Positions 29,255 through 37,483 of a stretch of DNA of 64,000 bases are shown in pieces. The stretch is from contig JBDRFG010000130.1 in the NCBI GenBank assembly GCA_043819135.1, forward strand, positions 1-64,000, read 5' to 3'. A program made the translations under genes and the position numbers. Origin of the DNA: Candidatus Eiseniibacteriota bacterium. Lineage in GTDB: Bacteria; Joyebacterota; Joyebacteria; Joyebacterales; Joyebacteraceae. How positions within the stretch are numbered: position 1 is the first letter of the stretch; each line of letters begins with the position of its first letter. Below the pieces are notes generated by a model. It ran no database searches. It was given only the letters and a program-made list of their open reading frames with translations, and had not been told where the DNA came from.

Positions 29255-30381
29255 GAAAGAGGGGCGGGTCTCTGGCGGTCCTGCTGATCGTGGGGGCCGT
29301 TCTCATAGCGGTGTCGGGCATCGTCGGTCTCGCGGCCGGAGGGTCGTCCGCCGGCCGGATCGGCTTCACGCGTCCCCGGGTGGCGTCGTACTGGGAGAGC
29401 CTCGACGGGAAGCTGGTGAAGTGCGGCCTGTGCCCGAGGCGGTGCGTCGTGCCTCCGGGCGGCCGCGGCTACTGCGAGGTCCGGGAGAACAGGGACGGCG
29501 TCTACTACACGCTGACCTACGGCAATCCCTGTGCCATCCACGTGGACCCGATAGAGAAGAAGCCCTTCTACCATTTCCTGCCCACGACCACCGCGTACTC
29601 GTTCGCTACGGCCGGATGCAATCTGGACTGCAAGTTCTGCCAGAACTGGCACATCTCGCAGGCGCGCCCTGAGGAGTTGGCCAACTACGACCTTCCGCCC
29701 GCCGACCTCGTCGCGGCCGCCCTCGCCAGCGGCTGCAGGTCGATCGCCTACACCTACTCCGAGCCGACGATCTTCTTCGAGTACATGCTCGATTGCGCGA
29801 AGCTCGCGCGCGCTCAGGGACTGAGGAACGTCTATCACTCGAACGGGTTCATTCAGCCGGAACCGTTGCGCGAGCTGTGCGCCTATCTGGACGCCGCGAA
29901 CATCGACCTCAAGGGCTTCACCGAGGGATACTATGAGGAGATGTCCGACGGCTCGCTCGAGCCCGTCCTGCGCTCGCTCAAGATACTGAAGGAGGAGGGC
30001 GTTCACCTGGAGATAACCACGCTCCTTGTTCCCGGCAGGAACGACGACCCCGAGACGCTGCGGGAAATGTGCAGCTGGGTCCGGGACAACCTGGGAGCGT
30101 CGGTTCCGGTCCACTTCTCCCGATTCCATCCGCAGCACCGATTGCAGAATCTGCCCCCGACGCCGGTCGAGAGACTTGAGGCCGCACGGAATATCGCCCT
30201 CGGCGAGGGTTTGGAGTACGTCTACATAGGGAACGTGCCCGGACACGAGGCGAACAGCACCTACTGCCCCGCCTGTTCGGCGGAGCTCATCCACAGGATA
30301 GGCTACTCCGTGGAGGTGCGGGGCGTGGTGGACGGGCGGTGCTCGGAGTGCGGAGCGGTCATTGACGGGGTCTGGGACTGA
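29251..30381 (+). CDS. AmmeMemoRadiSam system radical SAM enzyme with N-terminal hydrophobic segment
   Basis: CGLCPRRC...GYCEVREN, DPIEKKPFYHF, CNLDCKFCQNW (CxxxCxxC), YTYSEP, NIDLK, HFSRFHP, YIGNV, C-terminal CPAC/CSEC; TTG29251 overlaps the upstream TGA. Confidence 0.93.
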   Translation: MRKRGGSLAVLLIVGAVLIAVSGIVGLAAGGSSAGRIGFTRPRVASYWESLDGKLVKCGLCPRRCVVPPGGRGYCEVRENRDGVYYTLTYGNPCAIHVDPIEKKPFYHFLPTTTAYSFATAGCNLDCKFCQNWHISQARPEELANYDLPPADLVAAALASGCRSIAYTYSEPTIFFEYMLDCAKLARAQGLRNVYHSNGFIQPEPLRELCAYLDAANIDLKGFTEGYYEEMSDGSLEPVLRSLKILKEEGVHLEITTLLVPGRNDDPETLREMCSWVRDNLGASVPVHFSRFHPQHRLQNLPPTPVERLEAARNIALGEGLEYVYIGNVPGHEANSTYCPACSAELIHRIGYSVEVRGVVDGRCSECGAVIDGVWD

Positions 30382-30392
30382 CGCACGGGGTA

Positions 30393-30421
30393 TTGACAGC
30401 CGCCGGTGTATGCTCTACAGT
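30393..30421 (+). promoter_or_regulatory. Putative sigma70 promoter for the beta-helix gene
   Basis: TTGACA-17 nt-TACAGT just after the radical SAM stop. Confidence 0.6.
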
Positions 30422-30500
30422 CGTTGGCTGTAGGCGGCTCGTTGAGAGTTGCCCGCGACTAGGATTGTACCCCCTCTCTGGAACAAGAAGGAGGATGCTG

Positions 30501-31541
30501 ATGCGTTTCGTCCTCTTGACGCTTCTGGTCGGTCTGCTAACTGCCGCGGCCGGAGCGGTCACCATCGAGGTACCGAACTACGAACAGGGGATCAGGGCCA
30601 TCCAGCAAGCGGTGGACCTGGCCGCTCCGGGTGACACCGTCCTCGTGATGAGCGGCACGTATGACAGCGTCCGCTCGTTCGAGACGCCGCTGGGTCGACG
30701 TGATGCTGTCGTTTCGATTTCGAGCGACATCGTTCTCCTGGGAAAGAACAGGAGTGGGGTCAAGATCGACCACTCGCAGGCCACGTACGGCATTCTAGTC
30801 CAGAACGTCAGCGAGGACGCGCTGGTCTCGAACCTGACGATCCTGGGAGGTGCATCGAGGGACAAGGGACTTCTGGATGATGGAGACGGCAGGCTTCTCT
30901 CTGCGGGTATCTGCTGCGTCGATGCCGCGAGCCCGACCATAAGGGACGTGGACATCGAGAACGGCGCCACCGGGATCATCATCCGGACCGAGACGGGCAG
31001 CGCGGATTCCGCGCCCGTCATCGAGGGTGTCGTCGTGGCGCGCGGCTCGCACCACGGGATCTTCATCTTCGAGAACGGGTCCACGCCTGTCACCATCGAC
31101 AGGTGCACGCTGGTCGCCAACTTCGACTACGGGATCTACGTCAGCGGCGGCAGCGTCGAGGTGACAAGCTCGGCGCTGACGAACAACGGCAAGAACGGCA
31201 TCTACGGCTATCTCGCGACGCCGTCCGTCAGGTACTGCAACGTCTACTGGAACGACCGGATGTTCCCTGACGAGCAAACCGGACCTCTGAATTACGGTGG
31301 GTCTCTTGGCGATCTCACGGGCGTCGACGGGAACATATCCATGGAACCGTACTACTGCGACTTCTACGGCTCGGCCGGGTACGACTACCACGTGTGCCTG
31401 GACACCGAGCCGTCGCCGCACATCCTGGCGGGTGAGGGGGGCGTGACGATCGGTGCGCTTCCTGCTGCCTGCAGCGGTTGCCAGTCGTCTCCCGTCGAAG
31501 CGTCGTCCTGGGGCGCCATCAAGGCGCTGTACAGGAATTAG
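30501..31541 (+). CDS. Secreted right-handed parallel beta-helix (pectin-lyase-like) protein with C-terminal SSWGAIKALYRN motif
   Basis: Sec signal MRFVLLTLLVGLLTAAAGA, IQQAVDLAAPGDTVLVMSGTY cap, GI.. repeats, GNISMEPYYC; AGGAGG RBS before ATG30501. Confidence 0.8.
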   Translation: MRFVLLTLLVGLLTAAAGAVTIEVPNYEQGIRAIQQAVDLAAPGDTVLVMSGTYDSVRSFETPLGRRDAVVSISSDIVLLGKNRSGVKIDHSQATYGILVQNVSEDALVSNLTILGGASRDKGLLDDGDGRLLSAGICCVDAASPTIRDVDIENGATGIIIRTETGSADSAPVIEGVVVARGSHHGIFIFENGSTPVTIDRCTLVANFDYGIYVSGGSVEVTSSALTNNGKNGIYGYLATPSVRYCNVYWNDRMFPDEQTGPLNYGGSLGDLTGVDGNISMEPYYCDFYGSAGYDYHVCLDTEPSPHILAGEGGVTIGALPAACSGCQSSPVEASSWGAIKALYRN

Positions 31542-31589
31542 GCAACCCGCGGGACGCCGGATGCGAAACAGGTGGAAGACGAACTTGAG

Positions 31590-31624
31590 GAGGCCCCCGA
31601 CTTTGAGAGTCGGGGGCCTCTTAT
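31590..31624. terminator. Probable bidirectional terminator between convergent genes
   Basis: Perfect 13-bp stem GAGGCCCCCGACT-TTGAG-AGTCGGGGGCCTC followed by TTAT. Confidence 0.65.
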
Positions 31625-31693
31625 CGTACCCGGGTCGCTGTCCGGAGGTCAGGGCCGCGGGCTCCCGTCACTCCCGAAGCGGCCGCGCGGCGA

Positions 31694-34105
31694 TCAATCG
31701 TCCCGACCGCGTCTCCCCGGGAGCATCGTGGGCAGCAGGGACACGAGCACCGCGGCGTTCATGATCGCGAGCGCGCGCATCGCCCCAAGCGTGCCCATTA
31801 TCGGCAGCAGGAAGACCGCCGTGCCGGTTGCCCCGACCGCGGCGCCCAGGAGGTCCGCGCCGTAAAGCCTGCCCCCGATCGCGCCGATATCGGAACGGCC
31901 CTGGGAAACGAGCTTCGCCGCCAGCGGGAACTGCAGTCCGGCCAGAAGCGCGGCTCCCACAACGATCGCGGGGAAGAGCGCCGCCCAGGTGAGGAGATGG
32001 TGCGGCGGCAGCGCCGCCACGCGAGCCAGCGCGGCTCCGAGTGCCAGCGGCACCGCGGAGATGAAGAGCTGCAGGACCAGGAACGACCCGGCGCCGGCTC
32101 CCCGCGCCGCGGCCTTCGTGCCGAGCCAGCCTCCGAACGCGAGGCCGGCCATGAACGCAGCCACGATGAGCGCGAGTTCCTGGTAGACGTAGCCGTAGAT
32201 GCTCTGAAACGCGAGCAGCGCCGTCAGCTCCAGACTGATCTCGGTCGCTCCGACCAGGAAGACAGCCGCCACGATCACACGCGATCGCGAGCGCCGCGAT
32301 CGCCCGCGGGCGAGAGAAGGCACGGCCAGGACGACAACGAGCGCAAGGGCAACGAGCAGAGCGTTTCTCTCCGTTACGTAGCCCCGCGCGGCCAGGAGAA
32401 CGTGGGGGGCACTCGAGAACTGTCTGTTCCACAGCACCATGCTCAGGTAGCAGGCCGCGGGCGACAGGTCCGTGTTCGTCAGCGTGGGCACGCCCTCGAG
32501 TGTCGAGTCGAGATGCGCGATGCGCTCGGGGGAGAGCCGGTCGGCGAGGTAGTAGTCGCGCACGTATGCGACGTCCAGCCCTCGGTCGCGGACGCGTTCG
32601 CTCAACACGTGAGCGTCGCGTGTGAACGAGCTTCCGGACGGCGAGGCCACGATGTGACACGGGTCGCCGGGGTACAAGGACACCGCGGGGAAGACGGATT
32701 CGGCGGTCGACCTCAGGCACGCGAGCAAGGCCGCCAGCTCGGCTCCGATGTAGTTCTCGGCCGACTGGACGGAGAACCCCAGCACCCCCTCGTCCGCAAG
32801 TGCGCGGCTGACCTCCTCCATGAACTCCGCCGTGTAGAACCTGTTGAGCTGGGCCGTCGTCGGGTCGGGGACCCCGACGATAACGACGTCGTAAGGGGTC
32901 TCGACCCGCTTGACGAAGAAGCGCGCGTCCGCAAAATGAACGCTCACTCGGGAATCCTCGAAGCCTTCCGTCATCGCCTCTCCGAAGGCCCGTCTCGCCG
33001 TGTGGATCAGCTCGGGATCCAGTTCGACGTAGTCCACCACGCTGACGCTCGGGTGCTTCAGCACCTCACGGACGGCGCCGCCGAGGCCGCCACCCAGAAG
33101 AAGCACCCGGGACGGCCCCGGGTGGGAGAGCATCGGCAGATGCACCGTCTCCTCGGCGGTCTTCCGGTCCGGCGCCGAGGCCGCCAGAACGCCGCTCTCG
33201 TAGATGCTCATCTGGCTGCCCATGCTCGCGGCGACGATCCTGCCGTAGATGGAATTCGTCTGCGCAAGGAAGCCGACGTCTCGCCACTGTGCTCCGACCG
33301 ACGCGTCGTCGAGCCGGCCCGCCGCCGGGCCGAGCAGAGCCGCCGACGCGGCAGCGAGAACGATCCCGGTCACAAGCGCACCCAGCGGGCGGCGGCGATC
33401 GCCGCGCGGTGCGGCGACGAGCAGCCAGACGGAGACGGCGCAGACGAGAAGCGTCACCATGAGTGCTATCGATACGGGGTCGAACCTTGGGAGGAAAAGA
33501 AGACTGACCAGAAGTCCGGCGCAAGCGGCGCCCGCCGCCTCGACCAGGTACACCTTCCCGGCGGCAGTTTGCGATCCTGACTCGGCGTGGACGATCGATG
33601 TCGATAGGGCGAAGATCAGTCCGGCGACGACGGTGAACGGGGCCAGAGAGATCAGAGACGCCAGGACCAGAGGGGCGAACCCCGAAACCTCGCCGGTTGT
33701 CAGTCCCATTGCGCCTCGAAGGGCGCGCGCCGTGAGAAGTGCAGCGGGAGCCAAGACGCCCAGGGCAACGAGCCCGCGGGCCAGCGCACCGCGCGTGGGG
33801 GCGACCCTCCTGGCGACCAGGCCGTATGCGGCGCTGCCGACTCCTCCGGCCAGGAGCCAGACGGTCATGACGATCCCGAACGACGTCTCGTTGCCTCGCC
33901 ATGCCGTCATCAGCTCTCTGAGAAGAAGAATCTGGACGGTTAGCGTCGCGGCGCCGATCGAAGCGAGCGCCGCCGTGAGCGACGCGCGGCAGGCCCGGCC
34001 TGATGCTCCGGCGTGACCTCTCGCGCTGTCTCCACATGTCGATGCCGAGTGTTGGTTCATCGTTTCGGGGGTCCGCCTGTCTGTTCGTCCCAGTTGCCGG
34101 ATCAC
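31694..34105 (-). CDS. Fused MFS-like membrane / spermidine-synthase-like (SAM-dependent methyltransferase fold) protein
   Basis: N-terminal TM bundle (QILLLREL...GNE, YLVEAAGA), central domain VLLLGGGLGG..REVLKH..VDYVELDPEL..DARFFV..YDVVIVGVPDP..NRFYTAEF, C-terminal TM bundle (FQSIYGYVY, LYGADLLGA); start may be ATG at 34060. Confidence 0.85.
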   Translation of the reverse strand: MIRQLGRTDRRTPETMNQHSASTCGDSARGHAGASGRACRASLTAALASIGAATLTVQILLLRELMTAWRGNETSFGIVMTVWLLAGGVGSAAYGLVARRVAPTRGALARGLVALGVLAPAALLTARALRGAMGLTTGEVSGFAPLVLASLISLAPFTVVAGLIFALSTSIVHAESGSQTAAGKVYLVEAAGAACAGLLVSLLFLPRFDPVSIALMVTLLVCAVSVWLLVAAPRGDRRRPLGALVTGIVLAAASAALLGPAAGRLDDASVGAQWRDVGFLAQTNSIYGRIVAASMGSQMSIYESGVLAASAPDRKTAEETVHLPMLSHPGPSRVLLLGGGLGGAVREVLKHPSVSVVDYVELDPELIHTARRAFGEAMTEGFEDSRVSVHFADARFFVKRVETPYDVVIVGVPDPTTAQLNRFYTAEFMEEVSRALADEGVLGFSVQSAENYIGAELAALLACLRSTAESVFPAVSLYPGDPCHIVASPSGSSFTRDAHVLSERVRDRGLDVAYVRDYYLADRLSPERIAHLDSTLEGVPTLTNTDLSPAACYLSMVLWNRQFSSAPHVLLAARGYVTERNALLVALALVVVLAVPSLARGRSRRSRSRVIVAAVFLVGATEISLELTALLAFQSIYGYVYQELALIVAAFMAGLAFGGWLGTKAAARGAGAGSFLVLQLFISAVPLALGAALARVAALPPHHLLTWAALFPAIVVGAALLAGLQFPLAAKLVSQGRSDIGAIGGRLYGADLLGAAVGATGTAVFLLPIMGTLGAMRALAIMNAAVLVSLLPTMLPGRRGRDD

Positions 34106-34197
34106 AGCGTTCGGAGTTTACCAGAGGCCGGGTACCCGCGGGGCGTCGGTTGGCCGAAACTGCTTGTCCTGCATGAGGTTAGCCGGGGAGAAAACGG

Positions 34198-34227
34198 TTG
34201 ACACTCTGGAGAGGCGTCTGATAGCCT
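34198..34227 (+). promoter_or_regulatory. Putative sigma70 promoter for the LPS-core cluster
   Basis: TTGACA-18 nt-TAGCCT with TGn extension, in the divergent intergenic region. Confidence 0.4.
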
Positions 34228-34361
34228 TCGACGCGGGAGCAACCCCTAGAGACTGCGGTTCTTGCGCGTACGCGCGTCCTTCCACCGCGACGGGAACGCC
34301 GGACATGGCGGCCCCGCACGCTCGCGTCCGCTTGCCCGCTGTAACATCTGGGAACTGAGCG

Positions 34362-35561
34362 ATGCCACGAGGAGCACTGCCGGCCGAGGGTCGGGCAGAC
34401 ACCCATTTGGAGAAACCGATCCCGGTCCCTGAGAAGTTGAGGGACGCGGGAGGCGCCGCTCGCCCGTCGGGCGAGCGGCGGGTACAGCGTCGCGAGCCTT
34501 CGAAGCTCGGACGTTTTCTCTCATGGTATCTGATGAAGTTCAGGCGTCCAGAGCCGATCTCCTTCGGCGAGGCCTTTCGCAACGTGGAGAGGGTCCTCGT
34601 GATTCCCGAGAGAGGCGTCGCGGGCGCGCTCTTCTCCATGCCGACCCTGAAGGCGCTTCGACGTGGGTTTCCTGAAGGCAAGATAGCGATGCTTGTGCAT
34701 GAGGAAGACCGGGAGCTTCTGGAGGGAACCACCGAGGTCGACCGCGTTATCGGCTACTCGCTGCCTCGCGGCATCAGACGCTTCTCCGCTCTGCTTTCGC
34801 TCGGCCACAGGATCGGCTCGTACAAGTTCGACATCGCGATGATCCTCGACAGGGAATTCGACATCGAGCGTGCGTTTCTCTGCTACCTCTCTCACGCCCC
34901 CGTTCGCGGAGGGCTCCAGAGCGACGACAGCCATCCGTTCTTCAACCTGGAAGTCTCCAGCAACGTCTCCGGGCAGACCCGTGCGCAGCTCGGCATCGAG
35001 ATCGCGCGCGTCATGGGAATCGACGTGTCCGGACTGGGCCTCTCCTGGGAGATCCCGGAGCGCGAGCGACGGCTCGCCGAGCAGCTGATCCACTTCAGGA
35101 AGCCCAGAGAGGAAGAGCTTCTTGTGGGGTTCGACCCGGGTCCCGGCCGCGGGGGGACGTCGCTCTCGGTGTCGCAGCAGGCCCGGCTTCTCGACAAGCT
35201 CTGCTCCGACTACCAGGCGCGGGCCATCCTTCTGACGGCGCCGGAGCACCACTGGCTCATAGGGAAGCTCGAATCGATGCTGTCCAGAGAGCCCATAGTG
35301 GTTCAGCAGCGTCGCATGAGGGACGTCGTCAGTCTGCTTGGTCAGTGCGATCTCTTTGTAGCCAGCAACACCGATCTCGTCTATTTCGCCGTGGCGTTGG
35401 GAATCCCGACCGTTTCGCTCATGACCCCCGTCGAGGTTCGGGACGCCGCGTTCCCAGACTCTAAGCTCCTCGAGATAGTAGAACTCAGGCCGGGCGAGCG
35501 GTTCCCGATTCAGGAGTTCATCGAACGGACTCAGGCAGTCCTCCTGACGGCCGCAGACTGA
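34362..35561 (+). CDS. Glycosyltransferase family 9-like protein (degenerate motifs)
   Basis: GT9 architecture (RVLVI...MPTLKALRRGFPEGKI; FDIAMIL; CDLFVASNTDLVYFAVALGIPTV) without the GD and DSG motifs; start uncertain. Confidence 0.7.
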   Translation: MPRGALPAEGRADTHLEKPIPVPEKLRDAGGAARPSGERRVQRREPSKLGRFLSWYLMKFRRPEPISFGEAFRNVERVLVIPERGVAGALFSMPTLKALRRGFPEGKIAMLVHEEDRELLEGTTEVDRVIGYSLPRGIRRFSALLSLGHRIGSYKFDIAMILDREFDIERAFLCYLSHAPVRGGLQSDDSHPFFNLEVSSNVSGQTRAQLGIEIARVMGIDVSGLGLSWEIPERERRLAEQLIHFRKPREEELLVGFDPGPGRGGTSLSVSQQARLLDKLCSDYQARAILLTAPEHHWLIGKLESMLSREPIVVQQRRMRDVVSLLGQCDLFVASNTDLVYFAVALGIPTVSLMTPVEVRDAAFPDSKLLEIVELRPGERFPIQEFIERTQAVLLTAAD

Positions 35562-35574
35562 CGGGCGGAGCTTC

Positions 35575-37473
35575 ATGCATCTCTTCCTCAGGCTGATCGG
35601 ATACGTGAAACCGTACTGGCGCCGCCTCCTGGCGGCGCTGGTCTGCATGGCGCTCTTCGCGGTACTCTCGACGATATCGCTCGGGATGATCCTCCCGTTC
35701 ATGAACGTCCTGTTCTCTGAGCAGACTCTGGTCGCCGAGGGAGCGCCCGAGTCGGAGGCAGGCGATCTCTCGCTGTCGGTCGCCGGAGACCTGCCGCCCG
35801 TGGGTGGTCTTAAGGAAGAGCTCAAGGAACGCGTGCTCACGTTCTTTGCCAGCGGAACCGCGGGCGAGGCACTGGGAAAGATATGCGTCGGGTTCCTCGT
35901 GCTCTTTTTCATCAAGTCGCTGTTCGGCTATCTTCAGACGTTCCTCATGGTGACGGTCGAACAGCGCGTGATCCGCGACATCCGGAACGCGCTCTTCTCT
36001 CACCTGAACGAGCTGTCCCTCTCGTTCTTCCACGGACAGAGGACCGGGCAGCTGATATCCCGCATCACCAACGACGTGACGCTCGTGAGGAAGGCGCTCG
36101 TGGCGACCTTCGCGAATCTGTTCCGGGAGGCCCTTCTTGCGCTCCTCTACCTCGGGCTGGCGGTCTGGATCAGCTGGAGGCTCGCGCTGATCACCCTCGT
36201 TGTGCTTCCTCCCATCGTGCTTCTGATGGCTCAGATCGGCCGCAGGCTCAGGAAGAGAAGCGCCAGGCTGCAGGAGAAGATGGCCGACATCACATCGACG
36301 CTTGAGGAGTCGATCGCCGGCGTGCGCGTCGTCAAGGCGTTTGGGATGGAGGACTACGAGCGGGGGCGCTTCTTCGGGCACACGCGGAGCTATTTCCGCA
36401 CGTCCCTACGGCTGGAGATCTTGAACGCCATGGCGGGGCCTCTCGTCGAGTACCTCGGTGTCATCGGCGTCGTCATTATCCTCTGGTACGGGGGCCGGCA
36501 GGTCGTGCTCGGCGGCGAGGTCACGCCGGATTGGTTTCTCGTCTTCTTAGGCGCGGTGCTCTCCGCCATGCAGCCGCTCAGAAAGGTGTCGCGCGCCAAC
36601 AACGACCTCCAGATCGGACTGGCTGCAGGCTCCCGGGTCTTCGATATACTTGACACCGAACCGTCCGTCGTCGGACCTGTCGACGGCAGAGTACTTGAGG
36701 GACTCGCCGAACGGATAACGTTTCACGGAGTGAGCTTCAGCTACGATACGGGCGACGAAGTGCTCCATGACATCGACCTCACCGTGTCCAGAGGAGAGGT
36801 GGTCGCGATCGTCGGACCGAGCGGCGCGGGGAAGTCCACACTGCTCGACCTCCTCGCGCGGTTCTATGATCCCACGGGCGGGCGCGTGACGGTCGACGGG
36901 ACGGACCTGCGGGACGTCGATCTCCCGTCATTGCGCCAGCTCCTGGGCATCGTGACGCAGGAGACCATTCTCTTCAACGACACGGTACGGAACAACATCG
37001 CGTACGGCCTCGCCGGCGCCGCCGACCAGGAAGTGATGGACGCGGCCAGGGCGGCGAACGCGCACAGCTTCATCTCGGCGATGCCGGACGGCTACGACAC
37101 CGAGATAGGAGAGCGCGGAGTGATGCTCTCGGGCGGCGAACGCCAGCGCATTGCGATCGCCCGTGCCATCCTTAAGAACCCTCCGATTCTCATCCTGGAC
37201 GAGGCGACGTCTTCGCTGGACACCGAGTCCGAGAGGCTTGTGCAGGAGGCGATCGAGCGCCTCCTCAGGGGGAGGACCGTTCTCGTGATCGCCCACAGGC
37301 TCTCGACTGTGCGGAACGCCGACAGGATCGTCGTGCTGGACCGGGGAACGCTCAAGGAGACCGGAACGCACGAGGACCTCATGAGTCTGGGAGGTCTCTA
37401 TCGTTACCTCTACGACATGCAGTTCACGGACGAGCAGACCCGAAGGCCCGGAGAGCCCTCGCCCGCCGAATGA
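35575..37473 (+). CDS. msbA: ABC transporter permease/ATP-binding protein, MsbA-like lipid A-core flippase
   Basis: TMD with RTGQLISRITNDV and VVKAF; NBD GPSGAGKST, LSGGERQR, LDEATSSLD, IAHRLST; LPS-cluster context. Confidence 0.8.
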   Translation: MHLFLRLIGYVKPYWRRLLAALVCMALFAVLSTISLGMILPFMNVLFSEQTLVAEGAPESEAGDLSLSVAGDLPPVGGLKEELKERVLTFFASGTAGEALGKICVGFLVLFFIKSLFGYLQTFLMVTVEQRVIRDIRNALFSHLNELSLSFFHGQRTGQLISRITNDVTLVRKALVATFANLFREALLALLYLGLAVWISWRLALITLVVLPPIVLLMAQIGRRLRKRSARLQEKMADITSTLEESIAGVRVVKAFGMEDYERGRFFGHTRSYFRTSLRLEILNAMAGPLVEYLGVIGVVIILWYGGRQVVLGGEVTPDWFLVFLGAVLSAMQPLRKVSRANNDLQIGLAAGSRVFDILDTEPSVVGPVDGRVLEGLAERITFHGVSFSYDTGDEVLHDIDLTVSRGEVVAIVGPSGAGKSTLLDLLARFYDPTGGRVTVDGTDLRDVDLPSLRQLLGIVTQETILFNDTVRNNIAYGLAGAADQEVMDAARAANAHSFISAMPDGYDTEIGERGVMLSGGERQRIAIARAILKNPPILILDEATSSLDTESERLVQEAIERLLRGRTVLVIAHRLSTVRNADRIVVLDRGTLKETGTHEDLMSLGGLYRYLYDMQFTDEQTRRPGEPSPAE

Positions 37474-37483
37474 CGGACGGGCG

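Noticed and set aside
29251..29280. Tat signal on the radical SAM enzyme
   Set aside because: MRKRGGSL lacks a true twin-arginine S/T-R-R-x-F-L-K consensus, so it is recorded only as a hydrophobic signal or anchor.
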